From assembly GCF_009914755.1 (NCBI RefSeq), contig NC_060947.1: a stretch of 64,000 bases of DNA; one strand, given 5' to 3'. A program made the translations under genes and the position numbers. Position 1 is the first letter of the stretch; every line of letters starts with the position of its first letter. The DNA is from the human T2T-CHM13v2.0 reference genome, Homo sapiens. This document shows positions 12,875 to 26,339 of the stretch, in pieces. Below the pieces are notes generated by a model. That model saw only the letters and a list, made by a program, of their open reading frames with translations, had not been told where the DNA came from and did no database searches.

Positions 12875-13404
12875 AGTGAAGGAAGCAAGCCCAGAGAAAA
12901 GAGAGGGTAGAGACACGGAGAGAAGGGTTGGAGGCTGCTTGTCCCCCAGGAAAGTGGTGCTTGCCACTAAGGATGAAGGATCAAGGAAGGCGTCCCCGCG
13001 GTGATCAGACACCTCTGAAATGTGGGTGAATAATCAAGCAGGCGTCCCCGCAGTGATTAAACACCAAGGGAAGACTGTCTTCCCGAGTCTGTGCCTGGCG
13101 CTGGAGTTTTGGGTTCACGGATAACATACATCTCCTCTGTCTCTACCAGAAAAGGAAAGGAAAGGAACTGAAATTAAGAGAAGGGAGCGATTGAAAGATG
13201 GTGCCAAGATTGAAAGGAGAAAGAGGTTGAGGGATAGTGAGAGAGGTTGGAGAAGAGAGTAAACAGAGGCCGCTTACCGGATTTAAAATTGGTGAGATGT
13301 TCCTTGGGCTGGTTGGTCTGAGGACCCAAGTTCATAGGTGGATCTTTCTCACAGAGCAAAGGGCAGGAGGACAGTGGATTGATCTCCCAAGGGAGTTTCC
13401 CCCC

Positions 13405-13422
13405 ATCCGAGTCACGGCACCA
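13405..13422 (-). promoter_or_regulatory. Primer binding site, tRNA-His
   Basis: Minus strand TGGTGCCGTGACTCGGAT immediately after the 5' LTR. Confidence 0.95.
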
Positions 13423-13424
13423 AA

Positions 13425-13857
13425 TTTCATGTGCGTCCGTGTGAAGAGACCACCAAACAAGCTTTGTGTGAGCAACAAGGCTGTTTATTTCACCTGGGTG
13501 CAGGCGGGCTGAGTCTGAAAAGAGAGTCAGCGAAGAGATATGGGGTGGGGCCGTTTTATAGGATTTGGATGGGTAGTGGAAAATTACAATCAAATGGGGT
13601 TGTTCTCTTGCAGGCAGGGGCGGGGGTCACAAGGTGCTCAGTGGGGGAGGTTCTGAGGCAGGAGAAGGAATTTCACAAGGTTAATCGCTCAGTTAAGGTG
13701 GGGCAGAAACAAATCACAATGGTGGAATGTCATTAGTTAAGGCAGGAATCGGCCATTTTCACTTCTTTTGTGATTCTTCCCTTGCTTCAGGCCATCTGGA
13801 TGTATAGTGCAGGTCACAGGGGATATGATGGCTTAGCTTAGGCTAAGAGGCCTGACA
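13425..13857 (-). mobile_element. HERV-H 5' LTR (LTR7B-like), potential promoter
   Basis: TGTCAGGCC...CATGAAA; TATAAA; GC box; AATAAA poly(A) variant. Confidence 0.95.
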
Positions 13858-14276
13858 GTACCTTAGTTATCATTACAAAGGAATCTGTGGCCCATAAAGT
13901 AGTTAAAATCTCTGCTCTGTCAGTACTTTGTCTGCTGGATATACCTTGGTACATGAGTCAGTTCTCTCTAGTATTATTTCTACTTGTTTTGTGAGTTCTA
14001 TCCAGTCTGTAAAATAAGACTATAATATGTTTGAAGAGAGAAACTGTTTTATATGACTCTGTTATATTTCCCCAGCTCTTCTAATCCCAGTAGCAAGAAC
14101 AGTATTAAAAAAAAATAACGGGTATCTAACAATCAATTTTTTTGTGCAGGTATGAGATTTTTAAAATAAGATTTAAAGTAGATCCCATGGATTCAAACTT
14201 TTCAAAGAAATTCGCATTTAGTTTAAAAATCCTTCATAAAGTTAAATTGGATTTGACAGAAAGCCAGCCTACTTAT

Positions 14277-14636
14277 TACAGTCCCCTATATCCATGAATT
14301 CCACATCTGTGGATTTAACCACTGGCAGATAGAAAATATCTAGGGAAAAAAAAATGGATGGCTGTGTCTGTACTGAACAGGTACAGGCTTTTTTTTCTTA
14401 TCATTATTCCCCAAAGAATACACATAACAATAATTTCCATAGCATTTACATTGTATTAGGTATTATAAGTAATCTACAGATGATTTAAAGTATATGAGAG
14501 TATGTTCCATAGATTATATACAAATATTACACTGTTTTATATAAGGAGCTTGAGCATCTATGGATTTTTGGTATCCTCATGAGTTGAAGGGGAGGTCCTG
14601 GAGACAATTCCCCACGCATACTGAGAAACAACTGTA
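14277..14636 (-). mobile_element. MER2 (Tigger-derived MITE)
   Basis: TA-CAGT...ACTG-TA termini; MER2 internal motifs (ggatttttggtatcc, ggtcctggagacaattcccc). Confidence 0.85.
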
Positions 14637-14930
14637 CCTTAGTTATGTAGCCTGTTCTGTAAGAAATGCAGGCCTCCAAAACTGAGATAATCCTCATGGA
14701 TGTATTATATAGCAAGAATCTTATGGATCAGAAAATACTTAACATACATGGGATGTAGGGCAGGGAAGACAGCAAAGAGTATAAATATATTTAGGGAGCA
14801 GATCAAGACAGAAAGGAAAAATGGGAGAAATAAACCTTTTAAAAGTGGAAAGAATCTAGTTAAGAGAATTAGACTTCAAAGACTGTACAGCATAAAAATA
14901 GAAATAAGTTAAAATAGATACCACACTTTC

Positions 14931-15234
14931 TTTCTTTCTTTTTTTTTTTCAAGACAGAGTCTCACTCTGTTGCCCATGCTGGAGTGCAGTGGCGTGATCT
15001 CGGCTCACCGCAAGCTCCGCCTCCCAGGTTCACGCCATTCTCTTGCCTCAGCCTCCTGAGTAGCTGGGATTACAGGCGCCTGCCACCACGCCTGGCTAAT
15101 TTTGGTTTTGTGTTTTTAGTAGAGACGGGGTTTCACCGTGTTAGCCAGGATGGTCTCGATCTCCTGAACTCGTGATCCGCCCCTTCAGCCTCCCAAAGTG
15201 CTGTGATTACAGACATGAGCCACCGCGCCCGGCC
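14931..15234 (-). mobile_element. AluY-like, full length
   Basis: gcaagctccgcc, acgccattctc and ctcgatctcc diagnostics; TSD gatacca(c/a)actttc. Confidence 0.95.
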
Positions 15235-15249
15235 TGATACCAAACTTTC

Positions 15250-16200
15250 AAATTGGAAAATTTTGTACTGTATATCATCAGTTACTTCTGTATTAATCCA
15301 TAAACACAATGTGACCTTAATTAAAATAACAACAGAATTTGTGGAAGTAGTTTACACAATTCCATTATTTATTCAACAAATGTAATTGAATATTTAGTTC
15401 AGGTACTGAGCTACTCTAGAAAAAACAATGGAATTAAAGTATGATTAAATGACAACTCAATTGTGCAAAAAGGACTGATTTTCCAATAAATGGTATTGGA
15501 AGAACTAACTAATCTTTTGAGGAAAAAAAGTGCTGTATCCCCCATGCAACCCTTCAAAATAAATTTTAGATACATCAAAATATAAAAAGTAAAAACATTT
15601 CAAAATATTTGAAAAACATAAATGTTTTATGTTTCTATTATGTATGTATACTTATAAATAATTATAAGATATCAGTATAGTGAAAATTTTTGCCATTATG
15701 GCACCAGCCCTGGAAGCTGTAATTGTGAAAATTGACAATTTACTAAATAAATGTTTGCCGTATCTCCACGACACAAAATAGCATTAAAAACAAAGCAAAG
15801 AGAAGCAAACAAAAAAATGCAGAAATATAGCAACATACAGTATAAACTTCCTTAATGTAAGTTAAATCAATAAGAAAAGAGAATTCGTATAGAAAAACAA
15901 GCAAAATAAATTGTCAGGCAATTAACAGGAAAAGAAATATAAATTGCTTGCCTAGAAAGAAATGAAGAGAAACTTAACTTTTCTAAGTTTTTAAAAATGC
16001 AAGTCATAACCGTAATTATTTTAAAGTAATAAGATGAGAAAACTGTAAAAACTTTGATAATAACCATAGGGAAATCATAAATTTGGTAGAATCACAAATA
16101 TACAAATCTTAAGTATCAAAAAAATTTAAATATATGCTGACTTTTTGTAGAACGATTTGTAACTATTACAAATTTAAATACACTTATCTTTTTATCCAAA
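15250..16200 (+). mobile_element. Highly decayed L1M ORF2/3' fragments
   Basis: A-rich; caataaatggtattggaagaact-type L1 ORF2 motif. Confidence 0.5.
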
Positions 16201-16290
16201 AATGTCTAGCTAAAACTTTTATTCATGTTTTCATGTATTTCTTATGCTACTGACATTGATGTCTTCTTATACATATACTTGCATGTTATA

Positions 16291-17137
16291 TGTATAAGGA
16301 TTCCTTTCAGATGCCTATAATATGAAATAAAATAAAACAAACACAGTGGGCTACGTCAGATAGAAGTTCGTTTCTCCATCATGTGAAAATAGTTTCAAGG
16401 TGGGCAGCTGAGAATTTTTACGGTGGTCTCCTGGTCATCAGAGACCCAGGCTTTTTATACCTTTCTATTTTATTATAACTAACATATAGTTTCCATTTTC
16501 AAAGTCACTTCATGGACCAAAATATCTGCTGTGATTTAGCAATATCACATTTGCTCTTACTTGCAGAAAGAAGAAAGGGGAAAAGAACACACAAAAAAAT
16601 GTTTTATCCAGGTAAGACAGCTACCTTAAATCAAAATCAGGATGCTTCTTGATGCACTTAATAAAATATTTAACCAAAAATTGCTAAAACAATAGGTGTG
16701 GTTTTCTTACATAGGAAGAAGACCAGAGATAGTTGAACCTAGAGTTTTTCAGTAGCTCAGTGATGTCATCAAGGTCCCTGGGCTCTTTCCATTGTTCCCA
16801 AGACACCATTCCTCAGAATTCCCTCCATGTTTCTCCATCATGATTGCAAGATGGCTATTGTAGCTCCAAGCCTCCTGTCCTCACAAGTTAGCATCCAAAG
16901 CAGGGAGGAAACAAAAAAAGGGGAATTATTCATCACATGCCGTTCTCTTATTAGTGAGAACTGCCTTTTGCAAAAGCCTTGGCAGTCTTTTCCTCAGCCT
17001 TTCCCTGTATTACATGAAAGGCTGGTAGATAGGGTATCCTAACACTTTGAGCCTTTACCGCAGAGAAATGGTAAAACTAGCCAAAAAGAAAGAGGGAAAT
17101 GAAGGTTGTTGGTAGGCAGCCACTAATGTCTGTCACA
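16291..17137 (-). mobile_element. Two adjacent old MLT1 (J/K/L-like) MaLR LTR fragments
   Basis: catcagagacccaggc, caagatggctattgtagctcca and terminal tgtctgtcaca motifs. Confidence 0.55.
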
Positions 17138-19285
17138 TATGCTGTGAGAAGAAAGAGCTAATAGAAAGATTAAATAGGTATTGGAGAAAAGGCAATTATA
17201 GATCAATATCTCAAAGGAGAGGCCCTGGGATTCTCTCTAGATTCTAGGGCACTGTTGAAGGAACAACTCAAGACAAGGAAGAAAGAAAGAAATGAAGACG
17301 TATGAGTTATTAATAGTCAGGGTAGGAAATTGAGTATGTTTTCACCTGAGATGATCAAATAGGAAAACAGAGATAGGGAAATTAATTCTCTTTTGGGAAA
17401 GTACTGTGCAGCAACACTTTGAATGCAGCGCCAAACAAGCTCTATTCAGATAGAATTTTCTCTAGAATTCAGTCCCTCTAAGCAAGTCTTTTCCCACGCT
17501 GAGGACACTGCCAGGCATCCTTCCTTGTTCCACTTCCAAACAGGGCACCATTTTAAGAAATACAGTGTCAATAACTGAGTTTCATGCTGGGTATTTCTAT
17601 GATCCAAAGCTATACCTAGGACAAGAACCTGAATATGTTACCACTCATTTCAGAAAACTCCCTTTTCATCTGCTATATTTAAATGACAAAAAAGTAATAT
17701 ATAACTTTGATATTGTAATATAAACTGTAGGAGGTGAAAAAAATGGGAATATTACAAGTAATTAATTCAGTTAAAATCCTCTGAATTTTTCATCGACCAT
17801 TTCTATATTTTTTTTCTTTTACCCAGGAAATTTCTGATACATTTCTCCTTTCATTTGATTGGTTGGGACAAGTAAATATTTGAAAAAGTAAATATTAGTC
17901 TATGTATACAACAATCGCAGTATAAAACTGCAACAATAACCTCTTATGGATGAAAATATAGCAAACCAATCCTATATTGCTAATATTTGTGAAAATGTCA
18001 TGTTTAATATTACCTTACCCTTTTAAAAATAGAATTTGTCAACAGAAAAAAATTTTTACCTTTATATAGTGATGTTGAATTATAAATGCTTTGGACATAA
18101 AAAACAAATACTTTGAAATCATTCCTTGATATTTCACATTTTTTCATAATTATATCATAATCACAGGCTGATATTAACTATAATATGCTTTCAAAATGGG
18201 GGATTATTCTTCATTCAAATGATGGTTTTCTTCTTAAGACAAAAATGATGCAGCTAGAGGGTTAAAGTGATCTAACTGAGAATGTTGCTTAAATTATAAA
18301 AACCCCATGGGACAAAAAAATTCCAAGGGCCCATTTATTCTAGAGTTTGGGATAATGGGCCTGTTACTCTTTCAGTGCTCGTTTCGGGAATTAAACATAG
18401 TAATGTAGGAGTAAAGCTTCTTAGTTAATTTGTAGTCTGACTAATTGTTTCATGGTATTATGAGTTCAATGCTTTGATGAATAGGAACACAGCCAAATGG
18501 TTTTCAGAAACTACTTGCTTACAGCATTTAGTGCATTTATTGTAGACGGGTCCTTGTGAACTAGTGAACAGAATAGAATTTGTGACATTCATCGATTTAA
18601 AGATGGTCAGTGCAAATTGACCACATCGATCCTCATCCTATTAGTGATAGTTAAAGCCTCATTTCTACTGAAAAATTTGCAGAGATATCAATGACTTTAT
18701 AAGGAGGATGTGATAGAATATTTAATATTTACAGCTGTATTTACAGTTGAGATAATAACCATTCTGCTTTAGATAATTTAATTTGCATTCATTGATAAGA
18801 AAGAGTAATAGGCAACTTAACTATTTGGTCTGTTTCATAGACAAACAAATAAGAAAAGAAGGAATTTGTGTTTTTCTGAGAAAACTAGTGACACAGATTT
18901 CTCTGATTTTCGAATTCAGTGGCAACTCATCATTCCCAAAAGTTGTCATTCTCAGGTAGAAAGACTTTATTGAGAATTATTATCTTCATGGTTACATGAA
19001 GATACACGTGATGCACTAATAAGAAAACAAATTATAGAATTATATATTTGAAGTTTTTTCCCTTTTCCAAAAATGGCAACACATTTCTATGGAGCCATCC
19101 TTAAAGTCTTGATTTATTACAACTAAAGTGTGATTCGTGGAGTTAGTGATATTATCAGTCACTACAAAACAGAGTGTTTCTCTACCTGGAAATAATTAGA
19201 AGCTTTGAGCCTGACTGTCGTGTCTGTTGAACTTTTTTTACATCGTTGCAAGAACGAAGATATACTCATGTATTTATGTACAGGG

Positions 19286-19600
19286 TGGAATGGGGAGGGT
19301 TGGTCAATGGGTAAAAGTTTACAATTAGATAGGAGGAATAAGTTCTGGTGATCTATTGCACAGTAGAGTGACTATAGTTAACAATAATGTATTGTATATT
19401 TCACAATAGCTAGAGGAAAGGATTTTGATTGTTGTCACCACAAATAAATGATGAATGTGTGAGGTGATGAATTTGCTAATTACCTTGATTTAATCATTAT
19501 GTAATATATATATATATATGCATCAAAACATCACACTTTACCCCATAAGTCTGTACAATTATTATGGGTCAATTAAAAATGAAATAAAATTTTAACAAAA
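19286..19600 (+). mobile_element. 5'-truncated L1MA 3' end
   Basis: gataggaggaataagttctggtgatctattgcacag...; TSD atgtacaggg. Confidence 0.85.
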
Positions 19601-19653
19601 AGAATGTACAGGGAAGATGGTAAAATTAGATGCCATCTCAGAGCCAGGCCTGA

Positions 19654-20047
<394 letters not shown>

Positions 20048-20855
20048 ACCTTTTGGCAGTTCTATGGCAGGTCTGCAATCCTCCTTACTCAGGTGATCTG
20101 CCATGATGGTGATCCAACTACTGCTTATGCTACTTCTGCTCTTTCCATTCCCAATTACCCTCTTCCACTCTTCTTTCTATGTCATGGCATCTTGTGTTTC
20201 AGGCATTTTTACATTTTCTTCCCACTGCCAACTCCCATGTCTTCATGTCACGCAAATTCTAAGAGTGATGATTTCATGTTTATAGACAGTCACTCTCCCT
20301 TATAAAATATTCATGCTGTACAAAGTACTTTTTCTGGCTTTCTCACTCATGATCCTGATCTTTTTTCAATAAATTATGGAGTAGATAGATGATCAGCTTT
20401 CTCAAAGAGAATCTGGTTAGCATGAATGCTCATGGTTGATAGAGTCCTCTCCAAAAATATACTTTGGTAAATCACATTTAATCTGGTTTAATATAATAAC
20501 TGAGTTAAAAATTGAGTTTCAGTGACACAGTATAATCTCAAAACAAAGTCATTTATCTACCATCTCCTATATCTATGGGAAATGTATTCTTCTTCGAAGC
20601 TTTCATGCTTCATTAAAACCTAGGTATTCCAGGAACATCCGCTGTCTAAAAACAAAATACTATTGAAGCACTTCTGCTTTTATTCAGGTATACACAGATT
20701 AGATCAGCAAAACACCAAAAATATTTAAAATCAATGAAAACATCCATCAGTATTTCATCATCTTCTAGCCAAAGACAGCAATTATTCTTTCAATGTATGC
20801 AAACACATTTCTTCCTTTCCACCTTAGTAAGTTTGCTTTATAAGACTAATTGATG

Positions 20856-21164
<309 letters not shown>

Positions 21165-21429
21165 TCAGTGGATGGCCAGATTAAAGATGAAAGCATGAAT
21201 CTCAAACCACCAATAACCATGTCAGCTGAACAGTTCAAAATATGACTGAGGCATGGACTTCAGCACTGTTCTTTTAAAGTTATTTCTTATTTTGTGTGCA
21301 TCTTTTGGATTGGTTTTCAGGAGGTAGAGGTAAACAGATTCTTTTAATGTACCTTTTAAACTTGATCATACATGTACGTTATACAACATTTAAATGGTAC
21401 AAAAGGCTATACATAAGTAAGTCTACAGT

Positions 21430-21875
21430 TGTATTAATCAGCTATTGCTGCAGTATTGCCATGTAACAAACCATGCCAGAACTTAGTGACTCACAGCAGC
21501 AATCATTTACTTCTCTCACTCACAAGTCTAAAAATTGCCATGGGCACCTCTGCTTCAGACTGTGGGCTGTGTGGGTTTGGATCTAGGCTTTGAGTAAAGC
21601 TTGGGGATAATCCACTTATGTCATTCTGGGGGCCAGGCTGAAGGGGCTATGGCTCCTGGGAGCATATTGTTCCCATGGCAATCACAGAGGTGCATGGCCA
21701 AGTCAGAACTGCTAACGCACATTTATGATCCTTACTTGTGTGGTATCTGCTATATCCTATTGCCAAAATAAGTCACATGGCCAAGATCTAGTCACCAGGG
21801 CAGGAAATTATATTCTACCTTTGAGGGGAGAGGGCATGGGAATGAATATTTGCTGAATAATAATCTAATCCACTT
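21430..21875 (-). mobile_element. MLT1H-like MaLR LTR inserted in an old L1ME
   Basis: tgtattaatcagctattgctgc...aacaaacc...aagtcacatggccaag. Confidence 0.7.
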
Positions 21876-22054
21876 TGTTTCCCAGTCATAGAGTTCACCT
21901 CTGAATATAAGAACTGTCACTCATTTCTTGTTATTCATCCAGAAAAGTTATATGCAAATATAAGTATACTCACAGATAAATATTTTAATACCCAACGGTA
22001 TTATACTGTATACCTTGACCCTACCTCCCACTTAATGATATATCTCAGTGAGTA

Positions 22055-22537
22055 TGTAACTGATATAGCCAGTTTGCTAGCTTACTCTAAAAGTAGCTCC
22101 TTCCTCCCTTCGTTCCTTGCTGCATATGTATCTAATTACCTGTTTGCTTGAGAATTCCAAAAGCTAATTTTGAAACGATCCAGAAATAAAGCAGAGGTGG
22201 TTGTTGCAATTTTCTCCCTTGGTGCACAGTTAATCCATAACTCGACCCCCACTGAAATGATGCCAACCAGGCCTCTGGATGGTCCATTAGTCAAGACAGC
22301 CATTGGAAAATGACAAGCAGACCTGCATCCTACGCCACTCCTATGCATAGTTTCCATGACACCTTTCCTCTTAAAACCCCTTTAGATAGCTTGAGGATTT
22401 GCAATGGCTTTTTGAGACTAGTCTGGCCAGCTCCCAAGCTGCTGGCACTTGAATAAACCTGCTTTGCTTCCACCCAACCTCACTTCTCATGTGTCTGACT
22501 TTTTGAACACAAGCAGCCAAATCTGAGTTCAGTTACA
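22055..22537 (+). mobile_element. ERV1-class solo LTR (family uncertain)
   Basis: Perfect 9-bp terminal inverted repeat TGTAACTGA...TCAGTTACA; AATAAA ~85 bp from the 3' end; splits an L1ME fragment. Confidence 0.8.
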
Positions 22538-22539
22538 AA

Positions 22540-23040
22540 AGTATTGCTTTTCAGTAGATATAGATTTCCTTCATTTCATTTAATACAGCTGTTGAGTATT
22601 ACATAAAATAAACAGATGATGATTTATTTAACAAATTCTCTACTGGTGGGCATTTAGTTTGTTTCCAGTCTTTTACCATTTTAGCCAATACTGCAATGAC
22701 TATCATTTGATATATTTTTGCGTGTATCTGTAGAATATATTCCTAGAAGGGATATTGCTAGTTCCCAGGATTCTTGCATTTTTCACTTTGATAGATTTTT
22801 GAAATTTTCATGCACAAAAATTAGACAATTGAAACTATCACAAAAATGTGAAGGAGTACCTGATTATCTACACCCTTAGCAACACAAATCAAATCATTTT
22901 ATCTTTGCCAAACTGATAAATTAGAAAACAACTATTGTAATTTGAATTTGTATTTCACTTCTTATGTGTGAAATTGACACATTTTCATATGACAAAGAGC
23001 CATACCTTCTATATATGGCAGATCTCCCTCGCCTATTGGG
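22540..23040 (-). mobile_element. L1ME 3' fragment (continues 21340-21430 and 21880-22050)
   Basis: ggtgggcatttagtttgtttccagtc; ttcctagaagggatattgct. Confidence 0.7.
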
Positions 23041-25524
23041 TCTTTTTCCAGAAACTCCCCTACCCCATCCCATAGACTTGCTCAACAGTTGGTGTTAGAT
23101 AACCATACTTTCATCGTACTACATCATGTCCCAGGGTGTGAGGTCCTGAGGCAAAATCGTGTAAGGGCACAGAAGTAAGAGAAAACCTCTGACCTGCATT
23201 TTACATGCCTACATTAAATCATAGGACACTCAAGACCAGACATTTTATAAGCTTTGACAATTATTTAAAGTGCTCTGTATAATGTTCTAGAGATGAAAAA
23301 TAATAACTCTTGGCTCTTGGAGGCAGCAGTAGCTACCACAGCTGATGAAGACAACAAGCAAGCAGCCCTTTTTGATCAAAAGTCCAGAGCAACCTACAAA
23401 TGCCATGAACAACAAATGACGAACTCCAGTAATCAGTCCTACCCACAGGGTTCATACGGTCAGATCCATAACCTCAAGAACAAGAGAAGCATAGCAGGAT
23501 TCAGCCGCCAAAAAACTTTGTGTTCCTGAGAGAAGGATTCTTCATAATTAATAGTACTAAAATTAACTATGTACTGACTACGCATATTTAGTTAATTGTA
23601 CTGTGACCCTCTCGGGTAATATTTCTTCTTTGAGAAAATTTTATAGACACATTAACATTTTTATTCATAATAACCTGAAATTATCCATTGAAACACTAAA
23701 TAAGAGCTGAAGATCATGAACTCAAAAGGCTCTGTTATAGCTAAAGTTATAACAGAAGCTACTGTAATGGATAAGAAAGTTAGACTGTAACCAATTATGT
23801 TTAACCTTTAATGAAACAACTGTAAAACTTACTATGACTCACTAGTGGCTGATTAAGAGGTTTGGTTGTCAGCACCAGATAAAAAGTGTCTAATCTCTCC
23901 CAATATTAGAGCTACAATATTCTAACCGCTTTACAAATAGCTTCTGCAATTCACTGAACACTCGTTATTGAATCTTCCAAAACCTTCCTAGAATTTTCTC
24001 TTTAGAGGTTTATTCTAAATATTCTCTTTAATGTCATACCTCTTTACAGAGAAATAGTCTTTAAATGGTAGTCTTTGGTGACTATGGCAATTCAACCAAT
24101 CTGATGCGGATAGAAGCCAAAAAAGACCTACTCATACTAAACTCTTTTCTCTGAAAAATACAGTACTGTGTGATTCTAATGCGTTCAGAGTGTTTCTCTT
24201 TTGTGCTGATTCCAGGCAAGAGTTGACAGCATCAAAACTGTGAAATCTCTAGCAGCCCTCCCTCAGAGACTTGGGGTCCTGCTTCTGAAATTTAAGGCCA
24301 CTACAGCTAAGTGTCACCCTTTCCTCAAGTAGTAAAGACCTAGAAGACCTAATACAACCTCCAGTGCCTTTGCTTTTTTCCTTTTCTAAACAATTAAAAC
24401 TTAAAAAAAAAATTATGTCTTCTTATCACGGATACCTTTGATAAATATACCAACTTAAATAAGAATTTAATGAATGGGAAACACCAGAAAATGCTGAAGT
24501 GTTTTTTCTTGTGCTGTCTTTATGGTAAATTGTTACCTGTTTTGATTTAGATCAATCTTCCCCTCATCTCTGCAATTATTAAAGATTCTTCTTGCTCCAA
24601 CTGTTGTGATCCCCTGCTGGCCTAGCTGTTTCAGGGCAAAGCATCAGAGTGTGGATCCAGCGAGGTGTCAAGTGTCCAAATAAATTAGCAACTGTTATGC
24701 TATGTCTCCACTTGAGACAGTTTATATCCAATATATCGTGCACAATTGAATCCAAATGAAAATCACCTACCCTCTAAGGCAAGAAAATGTATTTATCCAA
24801 AGCTTTCTCCCACACCCTCATCATCATTGAAATTTCTCATGACTAATCTGTTCAACCAAAAGAGTAGGAACTCGAAAACATACTGTGTCACTCAATATCA
24901 CCCACCAATCCATACAGCAACTGAAGTTCCTTGAATTATCCACTTCTATATGGTCTGCTCCTGGAAGCATCCTTTTCCAAGATTTAAGTATTATAATTCA
25001 ATCTATGGGTAAGGATATTCTCTGACTCCTTTGTTTTTGTTGAAGCTATCAGATAACTGGCTCCTCTTTCCCTCAACTGGCTTTGTAATTTCTGAAACTG
25101 GCCTTTCCAACTCAGCTCATTTAAACATCATCACCTTTTTTATTCACTCTAACATAGTAAACAAGGTCTTCAAAAAGTACACATTAGTTTCTTCTCATGC
25201 TAATGAATTAAATGAATTTCATGCTATTTATAGAAAAATTGATATTAATTTTCTGATCTTGTTTCACAAATTCATTATCAAAAGTAAATAAGATGCCGGA
25301 AAGAAATCAATAGTTCTCATTTTGCGATATTTACATATTTACAAACCTAGAAGCTTTTTAATGAACTTGCTTAGTGCTATCAATTCACAGATATATTGTA
25401 ACTCAGGCATCAATGATACTGTTAAGTATCCTAGCATAACCATTGTTGACAACTATAAATAATAACTATATATAGATTAGCCCTTAACTCCTTCAATTCT
25501 GAAGATAATACACAGGTACTAGTA

Positions 25525-25900
25525 TAATATGGTTTGGCTGTGTCCCCACCCAAATCTCATCTTGAACTGTAGTTCCCCAAATCCCCACGTGTTGTGGGAG
25601 GGACCCAGTGGGAGGTAATTGAATCATAGAGGCGGTTACCTCCATGCTGTTCTCATGATAGTGATTGAGTTCTCATGAGATCTGATGGTTTTATAAAGGG
25701 CTTTTCCCCCCTTCACTCTGCACTTCTCGTTGATGCCACCATGTGAAGAAGGACATGTTTGCTTCCCCTTCTGCCATGATTGTAAGTTTCCTGAGGCCTC
25801 CCCAGCCATGCTGAACTGTGAGTCAATTAAATCTCTTTCCTTTATAAATTACCCAGTCTTGGGTATGCCTTTATTAGCAGTGTGAGAACAGACTAATACG
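25525..25900 (+). mobile_element. THE1 (B/C-like) solo LTR
   Basis: atatggtttggctgtgtccccacccaaatctc...gagaacagactaatac; 5-bp TSD TAGTA. Confidence 0.95.
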
Positions 25901-25995
25901 TAGTATATCCATGAAATTTATGGAGAATGTGGACTGAGCACAAACTATGAAAGAAGAACATACAGTTATTTTATAGGCAGTAATATAAGCTTAAT

Positions 25996-26332
25996 TTGTC
26001 CTTCTGAATTTATGGGGCATTAGTTCCAGGACGCTCTATAAATACCAAAATCCTCAGACGCTTAAGTCCCTGATGTAACGTGGTGTAGTATTTGCATATA
26101 ACCTGAACACATCCTCTTGTATATACCTGAAATCGTCTCTAATTTACTAATATAATGTATATGCCACATAAATAGTTGTTATGCTGCATTGTTTAGGAAG
26201 TAATGACAAGGAAAGAAACGTCTGTATATATTCAGTACAAATGCAACTATCCTTTTTCTTTTCAAATATTTTCGATCCATGCTTATTTGAATCCATGGAT
26301 GTGGAACTCATGGATATGGAGGGCTGGCTGTA
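25996..26332 (+). mobile_element. MER2
   Basis: gttccaggac...ataccaaaatcc...catggatatggagggctggctgta. Confidence 0.8.
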
Positions 26333-26339
26333 CATGTTA

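Larger units (their letters stand above)
8565..13857 (-). mobile_element. HERV-H provirus, defective, ~5.3 kb, internally deleted and rearranged
   Basis: Two ~93% identical LTRs, tRNA-His PBS, PPT, gag zinc knuckles, protease, RT, RNase H, IN and env TM remnants. Confidence 0.98.

Noticed and set aside
12985-13062. Duplicated ggcgtccccgc.gtgat motif in the HERV-H leader
   Set aside because: Recalled as a normal feature of the HERV-H 5' leader rather than locus-specific.
23293-23529. 78-aa ORF as a CDS or processed pseudogene
   Set aside because: No recognisable protein similarity, poly(A) tail or TSD; length is within chance expectation.
24190-24370. Plus-strand acceptor-like site (tttctcttttgtgctgattccag)
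   Set aside because: No matching donor or ORF; such motifs are common by chance.
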